Source of the DNA: a virus | Length of the DNA stretch: 64,000 bases | Direction: 5' to 3' (one strand) | Virus record (IMG/VR): IMGVR_UViG_3300036760_000327 | Coordinates: 1-64,000 of that record | Shown here: in pieces, positions 8,870-19,253 of the stretch | How positions within the stretch are numbered: the first letter of the stretch is position 1 | Layout: every line of letters begins with the position of its first letter | Position numbers and translations under genes: made by a program | The notes under the pieces: model-generated | Seen by the model: only the letters and a program-made list of their open reading frames with translations | The model's database searches: none | Told to the model about the DNA's origin: nothing

Positions 8870-10093
8870 ATGAAAAATGCATTGATTATTGATAGTCTAG
8901 GAAAATTTGTTGAGATAAACAATACAACAACCTCAAAAATTGGGTTAATAATTGGTATTGTTAATTATAGAGATGTTTGTGTAAATTTGTTATCTCCAAC
9001 TTATAATCTAGAATATATATATCTTTCACCAAAAAATGAATGTCGAATTTTAAATTCTGACGAAATAAATAAATTATTTAATCCTATTAAAGTTATGAAT
9101 AGAATACCATTTCAAGGTTGTAATAATGGAGCAGATCCAGAAGTTTTTGTGGTTGATAAAGATGATAATGTAATACCAGCATTTACATTTCTTCCTGATA
9201 AGAAATGCGGAAACCCATTCTGGGATGGTTTTCAGGCCGAGTTTACTATTATTCCAACATCTTGTCTCAGCTATATGGTTGATTATATTAGAGACAAATT
9301 GCGCAGTGTACTTCAAAAAGCGCAAGCAAAAGATCCTAATGCTAAATTAACATGGAAAAGCGTTATGGATGTCCCTTGTGAAATTTTACAAAAGACAGAG
9401 CATAAGTATATAGAATTAGGTTGCGCACCAAGTCAAAACATATATGGTATAGAAATAACAAGACCTGATCCTATGGTCCTTCCTTTACGATTTGCAGGTT
9501 GTCATTTACATTTTGGTTTAGACCAAAAGGTAAGGGAAAATAAATTTCTTATCAATAATATAATAAAATATATGGATTCATTATTTGGAATAATTTCTGT
9601 TTCCTTATTACAAGGAATGGAAGATCCTCGCCGGAGATTATTTTATGGGTTGGCTGGGGAACATCGACTTCCCCCACACGGCATAGAATACAGAGTTCCA
9701 AGTTCTGCTATACTTGCTCATCCCGCATTATTTCATTTATGTTTCGATATTATAAGAGCTTCTTTATATTTGGCACAATATGATATAATGTCCTTATTTC
9801 ATATAAAAAATAGAGAAGAAGAGATAATTGATATAATTAATAATTATGATTTATTAGCTGCTAAAAAATATTTAAACAGACATAAAACTATAATTATATT
9901 AATACTTGATAGAATATATTGTGATAGGGGTAAAGAAATATTTGCCTTAATTACAGACGGATTTAGAAATAATGTAGATATATCCAGCATGGAAAAAAAT
10001 TGGATACTTGATTCAGATCAATGGAGTTGCCATTCTGAATCTAAAAATTGTAATGTGTCTAAATTGGAATTGCCGTCCAATTTATTAGAATAG
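8870..10093 (+). CDS. phage COOH-NH2 ligase type 2 (amidoligase, glutamine-synthetase-like fold)
   Basis: GADPEVF, WDGFQAEF, RFAGCHLHFG, RRRLFYGLAGEHR and GIEYRVPS motifs. Confidence 0.85.
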   Translation: MKNALIIDSLGKFVEINNTTTSKIGLIIGIVNYRDVCVNLLSPTYNLEYIYLSPKNECRILNSDEINKLFNPIKVMNRIPFQGCNNGADPEVFVVDKDDNVIPAFTFLPDKKCGNPFWDGFQAEFTIIPTSCLSYMVDYIRDKLRSVLQKAQAKDPNAKLTWKSVMDVPCEILQKTEHKYIELGCAPSQNIYGIEITRPDPMVLPLRFAGCHLHFGLDQKVRENKFLINNIIKYMDSLFGIISVSLLQGMEDPRRRLFYGLAGEHRLPPHGIEYRVPSSAILAHPALFHLCFDIIRASLYLAQYDIMSLFHIKNREEEIIDIINNYDLLAAKKYLNRHKTIIILILDRIYCDRGKEIFALITDGFRNNVDISSMEKNWILDSDQWSCHSESKNCNVSKLELPSNLLE

Positions 10094-10145
10094 AATTCTA
10101 ATATTTATGACAAACTATTTTTAAATATTTTAAAAGGAGAATACT

Positions 10146-10774
10146 ATGGCGCAATGGCATGTGTATCAAACTAGAGCAGGTACAATATTTACTATAGGAT
10201 TGTCTGGAAATAGTGATGAAGAAATAAAAATAGTAGCCTATGATCATAATATTCCGCCAACTACTGCAAAATTGGTAGGTATATTCCAGGCTGATTCTCA
10301 GTGTGATTATATAAATAAGATGATTCCAATTTTATTACGGAATTTAAAAGATAATATTGAAACAAAAAAAATTTATAAAAGGATTAAGAAAGAGGGATTA
10401 TAATGAAAATACAGATGATTAATCGGAAATATAAATTTCCGTTTAATTTGTATACACCAATTGTTTTTCAAAAAGAGTATAATGGGAAATATATTACAGG
10501 CGATATTATAACTGTTTATATTTTAATTGAAGATGCGCACTATGAGTATCTTCCTTCAAGATGGTATTATTTAATACTTAAGGGCGCAGAAAAATATTTT
10601 ATAATTAGATACCTTTCTACAAGAAGACGCCAACAGAGATGGAAACCTTTATATACAGAAGATGTATTTGCATCTTATATTGATGCTAAAACTTATATGG
10701 ACGACATAATTAATAATTGGAAGGATAATAATATATATAGTTTAATTGACATAATTCATGTAAAGGAAGTATAA
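10146..10774 (+). CDS. two hypothetical proteins (10146-10403, 10403-10774)
   Basis: SD and translational coupling (TAATG). Confidence 0.6.
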
Positions 10775-10789
10775 GAAAAAGGAGATAAA

Positions 10790-11497
10790 ATGAAGATTTG
10801 GATTGATGCAAACAAAAATTTAACCACGTGGAAGGCTATTGCCACAGCTGGAAACTTTTCTTTATATAAAGGAAGAGCAGATCCAGGAGATGTTATTATT
10901 AGATGGGGTGCAAATTACGGGAGATATAATTATCCCGCGGGAGTAATGATATTGAACCCTAAGTTAATTTTAAGTAAAGCTGCTCAGGGTAGAATATTAA
11001 TGGAACATGAAATTCCCATACCAACAATATTTAATACACGAGCGGAGTGGCAACAAGCCGGACGCCCATTAGTAGTTTGTAAACCGTGGCATGGTCAAGG
11101 TGGTACTGGAATGCGATTAACTACTGCCCCAATATTTGGCGGAAAATTTGTTATTCAACAATATCTTGAGAAACAAAAAGAATATAGAGCAATGATGGTG
11201 CATGATATACTGGCTTTCTTTATGGAAAAACATTGTCCAGATAATGGTAATTTTAGATGGAACGAGCATCAAGGAGCTGTCTGGACCGGAGTGCCAGAAA
11301 ATAATAGATTGCGAGCAAAAATTAAGATACTAGGGGCAAGCGCATTAAATGCTTTGGGTTATGATTTTGGAGCCATTGATATTATATTATACAATAATAT
11401 ACTTTATGTTTTAGAGGTTAATTCAAGGCCTGAGTTTGGACCTAGAAATGCAGAAAGATTTGTTAGAGCAATTCAAGAATTTTTAAATAGGAGATAA
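10790..11497 (+). CDS. ATP-grasp ligase (RimK-like)
   Basis: IIRWG, KP..GQGG.G, IQQYL..EYR, DFGAIDII and YVLEVNSRP. Confidence 0.9.
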   Translation: MKIWIDANKNLTTWKAIATAGNFSLYKGRADPGDVIIRWGANYGRYNYPAGVMILNPKLILSKAAQGRILMEHEIPIPTIFNTRAEWQQAGRPLVVCKPWHGQGGTGMRLTTAPIFGGKFVIQQYLEKQKEYRAMMVHDILAFFMEKHCPDNGNFRWNEHQGAVWTGVPENNRLRAKIKILGASALNALGYDFGAIDIILYNNILYVLEVNSRPEFGPRNAERFVRAIQEFLNRR

Positions 11498-11528
11498 ACA
11501 AATCGTAAAAGATTAATATTTACAAGTA
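11481..11528 (+). repeat. 48-bp dispersed repeat, copy 2
   Basis: Matches 6489-6536. Confidence 0.9.
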
Positions 11529-11571
11529 AACAGAAGAAAAGGAGTTATTAGTATGGAAGTGGAGGATCAAC

Positions 11572-12506
11572 ATGGAACTGGATATTAGTGTTAATAATAT
11601 TTTCTTTTCAAAAAATGTGCCTAAAGAATGGTTTTGTAAAATTATTAGAAAGAACGTGGATATTTTTAATATGACCAGAGTAGAAGTCTGTAATCCACCC
11701 GAGAATATAATAGGGATTGGATTAATATCTTTGAGTGATGACGATATGGAATCTATTATTAATGAAGTAGAAAAGAGTGAAAGCTATTGGATTATTGGAG
11801 AAGAAAAGGTTTCTCTTACTGGTACTAGTATTATGATAGATGCTCTAATTATTGAGCAAATGTAGAGGATAGTTATGCTTATTGAATTGATAAAAAATAA
11901 AACAACAATAAAAGTAATTAGACTTTTAAGCGGATGTACAATATTATCAAATTGTATAGTGTGTAATTCTCCTATAAAAGGGCATGATAACTGGAGAGCT
12001 TTGTGCAATTCTTGCGGGGAGTCATTATCACCAGAGAAAAGAATTTATTGGTTCAAACTAGCTTGTGACTATTATCCCCAACTTATAATATAGAACAGCA
12101 GGAGAAATAATGTGCGTGTAGAATATGTGGTTGAAAAAATAGAAAAAGGTAAAACTATACATATTGGAGCTGAAAATATACGCGATGCTGAACAAATATT
12201 GTGCTTAATCTCTAAACAACACAGAGGATCTGTTTATCCCTTATACTCGAAGGACATTTTAGTAAATGAAACCAAGGAGGATCAACAATGCGATTAGATA
12301 ATACAATAGTAGATGCTATTGCCCAAAAGTGTGTTGATAATATTATTGAAAAATTTGGCATAAAAAACTTGGCCACTATGCCTTTTGATGCGTTGAATGC
12401 AGAGATATATGAAATGATTGAAGATATTGAAGATCAAGTTGATAAGATAGTGGTATCAAAAATTATAGATGCTTCTGTTACTTCGATAGATGATCTCTGG
12501 AAATAA
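11572..12506 (+). CDS. four small hypothetical ORFs (11572-11865, 11875-12093, 12112-12297, 12288-12506)
   Basis: SD-preceded co-directional ORFs. Confidence 0.55.
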
Positions 12507-12548
12507 AATGAATATTTTAATAATATAAATTTTGTAAAGGGGAAAAAT

Positions 12549-14189
12549 ATGGATTTGCTTGTTGAACTTCCGGACACCGGGTACACGTACCAGTCATTAA
12601 ATCAGACAGAACTGTTACAGTTGTTTAATAAAACTAAATTTAAATTAATTATGGCTCGTATAATAATAGATGCTACAAATAATTATGGAGAACTAACGAA
12701 AGAAGAAATTTTAGATCCTACTATAAGGAAAACCAAAAGACCTCCATTACAAGAAAATACCATATATTGTTATTGTAAACTTAAACAACATAAAATTGAT
12801 TGCGCTATACTACAAAAACTTATTCAGTGTTCTCAACAATCAAACGAAATTCAAGTAAATCTTCCAGAACTGCTCCAATGGGAAAAGGATTATGTTACTA
12901 TTGATCTTCCAACACATAAAGATTTAATATTTAAACATAACGACGAGGAAATTGGATGGTACAATAAAGAAAATAATATATTATGGATAAGTGATATAGG
13001 ACATTTTTCAGAAAGGGTTGTTAAGAATTTTAAATTAATTTTATCCAATATTATAGAATTTAATAGAACTGGCAGTATTCCCGTACTGCCATATCTACTT
13101 ATTGGTTGTGATCTCGAGTTTGAACTATTTGATAAAAATGGAAACTTTATTCCAGCAAATGCGTATTTGCACGATATTGAAAATAGAAATCATGAACTAG
13201 GGCGCGAAGTTGGGCTTGATGGACATCCTCAAACAGGAGAAATTAGACCTGCTCCAGCGAATAATCCAATTAAATTGGCTGGCAATATTAGAAGAACTGT
13301 TAAAAAACTAATCCATATATTAACATTGCACAATCCTGATATACAGATATTTTGTGGCGGGGGTTTGAAAGAAAGTTTAGGCGGGCATATTCATTTTAAC
13401 ACAGAGGGTTTTGTTATTAATAACAATAACCTTAAATATATTTTATATAATTTAATAGGGAAATATATTAAAGCAGGTATGAATACGCGTAGTGTAAGAA
13501 TTGACCGAAACGAATTTATGAGTAAAGACGCGCCAGATGGTTTTAGAACAACCGAGTCTCATATTGGGTGGGAATGGAGATGTCCTCCATCATTTATGCT
13601 AAATGAAATAATATGTAAGTCTATCTTATGTACTACTTGGTGTGTTATTAAAGAATATTATGGTTATGGATTTGCAGAAACAGAATATACACGAGTTCAC
13701 ATAGAGCAAGATAGCATTAACGTATTAACAACATTACATTTTTATCCTTATTATAAAAAATGGATTGATCAATTTATTGATATGTTCATTTTAAATAAAA
13801 CTGCAATGGAAGGAAAAGATATTAAAAAAGAATGGAACATTGTATCATACCAATATAATATCACAATATTTTCTGAACTTCCCTGGGTAGAAGAATATAT
13901 TAATTCTTGTTGGGTTGATATATCTAGAGTAATAAAAATTGGTATATATAAAAATAGGAATTTGATGTTTTCGGTTTCTACAATTAAATCCTTATCTAAG
14001 AAGTTATCCTCTGAGATAGAAGAATTTGCAATTAATCATTTAGTTTCATCATCAATTGCGCTTCACACGGATTCAACATTAGATATAATAATTTATATTC
14101 CGTGGGATGCTCCGCCTGATACAAAGATGGCTTCGGATAAACTTAAAGTTATATTAAAGAAAATAATTGTAGAGATTAATAAAAGTTAA
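12549..14189 (+). CDS. phage COOH-NH2 ligase type 2 with N- and C-terminal extensions
   Basis: IGCDLEFELF, GLDG...GEIRP, LGGHIHF and WEWRCPPS. Confidence 0.85.
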   Translation: MDLLVELPDTGYTYQSLNQTELLQLFNKTKFKLIMARIIIDATNNYGELTKEEILDPTIRKTKRPPLQENTIYCYCKLKQHKIDCAILQKLIQCSQQSNEIQVNLPELLQWEKDYVTIDLPTHKDLIFKHNDEEIGWYNKENNILWISDIGHFSERVVKNFKLILSNIIEFNRTGSIPVLPYLLIGCDLEFELFDKNGNFIPANAYLHDIENRNHELGREVGLDGHPQTGEIRPAPANNPIKLAGNIRRTVKKLIHILTLHNPDIQIFCGGGLKESLGGHIHFNTEGFVINNNNLKYILYNLIGKYIKAGMNTRSVRIDRNEFMSKDAPDGFRTTESHIGWEWRCPPSFMLNEIICKSILCTTWCVIKEYYGYGFAETEYTRVHIEQDSINVLTTLHFYPYYKKWIDQFIDMFILNKTAMEGKDIKKEWNIVSYQYNITIFSELPWVEEYINSCWVDISRVIKIGIYKNRNLMFSVSTIKSLSKKLSSEIEEFAINHLVSSSIALHTDSTLDIIIYIPWDAPPDTKMASDKLKVILKKIIVEINKS

Positions 14190-14236
14190 TAGGATATTTT
14201 GTATGGTAGGCTAACCTATCGGAAAGAGAGGACAAT

Positions 14237-15496
14237 TTGTGTGGCATTCTTGGTTTTATTACAGATAGGGCATCTAAAGAAAATATTAAATATTTTAAGA
14301 AAATTTTATATATGTCCGAAGCTCGAGGAAGAGAAGCAACAGGTATATTTTATACAAAAGACGATGCTTATGTGATTGAAAAACAACCGATCATCTCGTC
14401 AAAGTTTATTCAGGATATATTTCCAGTGCATGCTAATAATCTGGGACGAGCTAGAATTGCTCTTGGGCATACCAGATCTCCTACACAAGGAAGCCCCAAA
14501 GATAACAGCAATAATCATCCGCTAGAAAGTAAAAATTGGATCTTGATACATAATGGTGGAGTAACTTTAATGCCAAGATTAAATGATTACAAATATAAAG
14601 GAGAGGTTGATTCAGAAGTCTTATTAAGTTATATAGAAAAATATGGACTAAAAGAAGGGTTGCCTTATGTTGAAAGAGGATCGGCTGCTGTGGCATTAAT
14701 TCAGAAAAATGATTTAAATTCTGTGTATTTATGGAGAGAAACTAATCCAATTATACTGGCGTGTGATACAAAATCTAATACTATTTTCTTTGCGTCGCAA
14801 AAAGAATTTTTAGAAAGCGGACTAGCAAATAGGTTTTTATTTTTTACATCGTTTCAATTAAGAGAATTGCCTGAAAATCTTTTAATTAAAATAACCGCAA
14901 ATCCTTTTACAATTACTCCTATGGGATATATTGAAGTAATGAAATATGATTATACTAGATATGTATCTCCTATAATAGAGAAATATAAACCAAAAAGTAT
15001 ACCACTAGTATTTAATCAAAGTAATTTTCGATGGGAATTACCATCACAACCTTTATCAAAACCACCAGCTATAATAACAACAGATGGTCAGAAGGAAAAG
15101 TGTACTTTTCTTAATACTGATGGAAAGTGCTTTAAAGGATATACAACTCCTTGTCCTGAAAATAAATATGATTGTGATTATTTTGGAGCAGATCTTAATA
15201 CAGATAAATTACATAGTGGAGAACCTGAACATAATATAAATAAATATTATATAGATGGTATATCGAGAGATTTTAAAAATTGGTTTAAATTACCCAAACC
15301 AAACAAAGGACATATTTCAATGGATGGTGTATTATTTAAAAAATGGGACGATGTTAAGAAAAAACATTATATTATGCTAGTCGAGGATGCAATAAAAGAA
15401 AAGTTAATAGACGAGACATTACTTATAGAAGATGAAGATAGTTTAGATCTTCCATCTAAAATGATCCCGTATTATACAAATATGGAAATGGAGTAA
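14237..15496 (+). CDS. class II (Ntn) glutamine amidotransferase with C-terminal extension
   Basis: N-terminal (M)CGILG, RG.EATG, GHTR.PT.G, NNHP, HNG and VDSE. Confidence 0.92.
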   Translation: MCGILGFITDRASKENIKYFKKILYMSEARGREATGIFYTKDDAYVIEKQPIISSKFIQDIFPVHANNLGRARIALGHTRSPTQGSPKDNSNNHPLESKNWILIHNGGVTLMPRLNDYKYKGEVDSEVLLSYIEKYGLKEGLPYVERGSAAVALIQKNDLNSVYLWRETNPIILACDTKSNTIFFASQKEFLESGLANRFLFFTSFQLRELPENLLIKITANPFTITPMGYIEVMKYDYTRYVSPIIEKYKPKSIPLVFNQSNFRWELPSQPLSKPPAIITTDGQKEKCTFLNTDGKCFKGYTTPCPENKYDCDYFGADLNTDKLHSGEPEHNINKYYIDGISRDFKNWFKLPKPNKGHISMDGVLFKKWDDVKKKHYIMLVEDAIKEKLIDETLLIEDEDSLDLPSKMIPYYTNMEME

Positions 15497-15503
15497 AGAT
15501 AAA

Positions 15504-15815
15504 ATGCAAGCAACTGTATATTGTAGAGTAAATTATATGGTATTTTTAGATAGTAAAGATGAAATGATAGGCTATCAATTAGATAAGTCTACTTTAAAGA
15601 AAATGAAATTTTTAGATATTAAATTTCCTGTTGAACCGCCTGAGGGTACTAAAAAAGCAGTGGTAATAAAGGAAGTTCGATCTATGATAGTATACGAGAA
15701 AAAAAATATTGCTGATGAGATGGCTAGAGTTGTTACATACCAAATTCAAGATGGACCATATTATGTCCAGAAATTAATTAGGGATAATTTATCCCAGAAT
15801 TTATTGCTTGCTTAA
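15504..15815 (+). CDS. hypothetical protein
   Basis: 103-aa ORF inside the amidoligase cluster. Confidence 0.6.
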   Translation: MQATVYCRVNYMVFLDSKDEMIGYQLDKSTLKKMKFLDIKFPVEPPEGTKKAVVIKEVRSMIVYEKKNIADEMARVVTYQIQDGPYYVQKLIRDNLSQNLLLA

Positions 15816-15841
15816 ATAAATTTTTTGTTGCGGAGGTATAT

Positions 15842-16642
15842 ATGAAACAGGTAAAAATTGGTTGTGATCCAGAATTTATGATTTTAGCAAGTGATGGTAA
15901 AATTGTACCGTCTCTGACAATATGTGATGATGAAAATTTAAAAAATCATTTTGGAAGAGAGGTAGGCCAGGGTGGATGGCTATTTGAATTGCGTCCTGAT
16001 CCGTCTACCAATATATTTGCATTATTGGCAAATATACGTAAAATTATGAAAATTCATATACGGAAATTTCCTTATTTAAAAAAGTGTATATTTATTGGTG
16101 GCCATGCTGCTGAAGATCATTTTGCTATTGGCGGACATATTCATATTAGTACAGATGAAATGTATTCAGATGATTTATTGGAGTCTAATTTTAAACGTTT
16201 TATTAATAAAATAATATACAGTGGTTTTATGCATATAATTAATGATAAGGAGGGCCAGTATGTTCGTCAAACAATAGGATATGGTAAAGCGAGAGATTTT
16301 AGATGTTGCAAATATGACAGTTCTTCTTTAGAATATCGAACTCCACCATCGTGGCTTGTTAGTCCGACACTAGCTTTTATTTTCTTAACATTAGCAAAGA
16401 TTTGTGGATTGCTGTATATTAATAAAAAATATTTTAATATTAATGATGAGATTTATAATTTGTCGCATGATACACATAAAGGGATGTTGCTATTAAAAAG
16501 ATTTTTTACTGTGGTGAAAATTTGTGACGGATTGATGGAAGAAGAGGATGTGGTTAAATGTATAGAAATGCTAGAAAATTTACCAAATAAGCGGATAAAT
16601 TTAAACTGGAATCGTGATTTTAAAATAGCATGGCAATTATAA
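15842..16642 (+). CDS. phage COOH-NH2 ligase type 2
   Basis: IGCDPEFM, FELRPDPS, IGGHIHI and LEYRTPPSW. Confidence 0.88.
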   Translation: MKQVKIGCDPEFMILASDGKIVPSLTICDDENLKNHFGREVGQGGWLFELRPDPSTNIFALLANIRKIMKIHIRKFPYLKKCIFIGGHAAEDHFAIGGHIHISTDEMYSDDLLESNFKRFINKIIYSGFMHIINDKEGQYVRQTIGYGKARDFRCCKYDSSSLEYRTPPSWLVSPTLAFIFLTLAKICGLLYINKKYFNINDEIYNLSHDTHKGMLLLKRFFTVVKICDGLMEEEDVVKCIEMLENLPNKRINLNWNRDFKIAWQL

Positions 16643-16910
16643 TTTATTACAGGAGATTATCAAAATGGCAAATTGTATGATTTGTAATAAAGAAATTATT
16701 AATAAGGATGACGAGGTTATTCCAGCCGTCAAATATAATTTATGTAGAGCGTGCCGTAAAAAAAGATTTATTGTAGAAGAATATAATTATATTGCTGATG
16801 AAAATGATAAGGAATTAATAAAAAACCTATTGCACATAGATGCTATTTTAACTTAATAGTTATGAATACTATTAAAGAATAAAATTATTTGCGGGTTTTC
16901 CAAACTATTT

Positions 16911-16937
16911 TGTCACAAACTAGCTCGTTTTACTATT
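16911..16937 (+). promoter_or_regulatory. phage promoter motif TGTCACA-N13-TACTATT
   Basis: Exact motif at the start of the replication module. Confidence 0.7.
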
Positions 16938-16960
16938 AATATATAAAGAGGTATAATATT

Positions 16961-17551
16961 ATGTTCGATAAAAAAGAGTATATGAAAGAATATTATCAGC
17001 GACCTGATGTCAAGAAGCGTCAAAAAGAATATTATCAAAAAAATAAAAAATATATAAAAGAATACCAGCAAAAAAATAAAGATATTATTAAAGAATACCA
17101 AAAGGAGTATTATCAGCGTCCTTATGTCAAAGAATATTATCAACAGCCTGATATTAAAAAGCGTAAGAAAGAATATGATAAAGAATATCGTCAGCGGTCT
17201 GATATTAAAAAGCGCCAAAAAGAATATAATAAAGAATATAATCAACGACCTAGTATTAAAAAGCGTAAGAAAAAGTATATGAAAAAATATAATATAAAGC
17301 ATAACTATGGAATATTATTAGAAGAATTCAAATTCTATTTAGAAAAGCAAGAAAATAAATGTGCTATCTGCTCACATACCTTTACTCCAGAAGATAAAAT
17401 ATGTATAGATCATGATCATGCAACTGGAAAAGTTAGAGGATTATTGTGCTTTAAATGTAATGTATTACTTGGAATGGCAGTAGATAATTCAAAAACATTA
17501 ATGAATGCAATTAAATATCTCAATGAATACAATCAGATAGCCGAACTTTAA
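16961..17551 (+). CDS. Endonuclease VII-family homing endonuclease
   Basis: KEYYQ helical repeats, then CAIC...DHDHATGKVRGLLCFKCN. Confidence 0.88.
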   Translation: MFDKKEYMKEYYQRPDVKKRQKEYYQKNKKYIKEYQQKNKDIIKEYQKEYYQRPYVKEYYQQPDIKKRKKEYDKEYRQRSDIKKRQKEYNKEYNQRPSIKKRKKKYMKKYNIKHNYGILLEEFKFYLEKQENKCAICSHTFTPEDKICIDHDHATGKVRGLLCFKCNVLLGMAVDNSKTLMNAIKYLNEYNQIAEL

Positions 17552-17582
17552 TATTATTTCCTTTTCACAGACACTTAATTTT

Positions 17583-18983
17583 ATGATAAAAAGTGAGCTT
17601 TATGAATATCAAAAACGTAATCTTAAGTTTCATCTATCTCGAAATAGATCCGCTGATTGGTCTGACATGGGTATTGGAAAGACCATTATTGCTCTGGCTA
17701 AGATTGATATATTAAAAAAGCAAGGTGTCATTAAATCAGCCCTGGTTATTTGTCCCAGATCAGTAAGTCCGGTATGGGAGTCAGAAGTAAAGAAACACAG
17801 TACATTATCTGCTGTTGCTCTTACGGGATCACTTGAAAATAAAATAGAACTTTTAGCCAAAAATTCGGATATTTATATAATTTCATATGACTCTATTCCA
17901 GGACGTAAAAAAACCTTAGGAATATTATTCCAGTTCCTTTTAAACAAATGTTTTGGTATTGTAATTCTGGATGAAATTACCCATGTAAAAAATTTCAATG
18001 CTGTACGTACTAAGGCAGTTACTGTTTTATGTAATAAAATCAATAAAGTATTAGCACTTAGTGGTACTCCAATTACCAATTCACCCGAATCTGTAATAAC
18101 CATATATAATTGTGTTGATGGGGGAGAAACTTTTGGTAGAAATTATTTTGCTGCTCGTAACTATTATTTTGTAAATCATGGCTATTCTTTTCCTGACTGG
18201 CATATAAGAGAAGAAAAGAAAGAAGAATTTAAAAAAAGACTATTTTTTAATGCTATTAGATTATCCAAAGATGAATGCCTGGATTTACCTCCTAAGATAT
18301 TTACTGAAAGATATACAGAACTGTTGGGTGTTCAGAAAGATATTTATAGGAAAATAGCTAATGAACTTTTGTACGAATTAAGATTACCAGCGGGCATAGT
18401 AAAAATAAAAAATAGTTTAGTAAAACTAACTAAACTGTCTCAAATCGCTAACGGATTTATTTATACAAATAAAGATGTGCAATTATTTTCTGAAAATCCA
18501 AAACTAGAATTATTACAGCAAACCATTGCAGAAATACCGCGGGATAATAAAGTTATAATATTTGTAAAATGGACACAAGATGTTAAAAATATAGCGCAAT
18601 TGCTGGATAAATTTAATATTCCCTTTGCTGTTATTCAAGGAAAAACACGTGATCGGGCAATCCCAATTAATAATTTTATTAATTCTGATCAAATAAAAAT
18701 ATTGCTATCTCAAATTACAGTTGGTGCGTATGGTCTAAATCTTATAACGGCTAATTACATAATTTATTATTCTTTGGGATTCTCTGTTATTGAATTTTTA
18801 CAAAGCCAGGACCGAATTCATCGAGTTGGACAAACAAGATCGTGTATATATATTTCTTTGCTTTGTCATAATTCTGTGGACGAGTACATTTATAAATGTT
18901 TAAAAGAAAATATTAGTATAGCCCAATCATTATTGAATAATATATCTGTAGAACAATTAAAGGAGAACTTGCGGGGTATATAA
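17583..18983 (+). CDS. SNF2-family helicase
   Basis: DMGIGKT, LDEITH, LSGTP, GLNL and QSQDRIHRVGQ. Confidence 0.93.
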   Translation: MIKSELYEYQKRNLKFHLSRNRSADWSDMGIGKTIIALAKIDILKKQGVIKSALVICPRSVSPVWESEVKKHSTLSAVALTGSLENKIELLAKNSDIYIISYDSIPGRKKTLGILFQFLLNKCFGIVILDEITHVKNFNAVRTKAVTVLCNKINKVLALSGTPITNSPESVITIYNCVDGGETFGRNYFAARNYYFVNHGYSFPDWHIREEKKEEFKKRLFFNAIRLSKDECLDLPPKIFTERYTELLGVQKDIYRKIANELLYELRLPAGIVKIKNSLVKLTKLSQIANGFIYTNKDVQLFSENPKLELLQQTIAEIPRDNKVIIFVKWTQDVKNIAQLLDKFNIPFAVIQGKTRDRAIPINNFINSDQIKILLSQITVGAYGLNLITANYIIYYSLGFSVIEFLQSQDRIHRVGQTRSCIYISLLCHNSVDEYIYKCLKENISIAQSLLNNISVEQLKENLRGI

Positions 18984-19232
18984 ATGTTAATTGAATTTAT
19001 TGATAATAAACATGATGATGATAATAACATTCTAAAAACGGGAAAACGGTATATGGTTGCCCGTGATTCTGTACTTTTATCTTCCGGCCGAACGATACGG
19101 ATAATAGCTATTAATCGTTCAGCTTATGATCCTAATCAAGAAGTTCAATATATTTATGAGGGCGGGTTTCCAAATGGAACCTTTTGTAGACGAGAACAAG
19201 AGATATTATCAAGTATTATGTTAGAGCCATAG
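18984..19232 (+). CDS. hypothetical protein
   Basis: Coupled to the helicase stop. Confidence 0.55.
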   Translation: MLIEFIDNKHDDDNNILKTGKRYMVARDSVLLSSGRTIRIIAINRSAYDPNQEVQYIYEGGFPNGTFCRREQEILSSIMLEP

Positions 19233-19253
19233 TCTATAAGGAGACAAACGAAA

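Noticed and set aside
16913-17302. Hydrophobic antisense ORFs 16913-17302(-) and 7296-7484(+)
   Set aside because: Reverse-strand shadows of the Lys/Glu/Tyr repeats in the endonucleases
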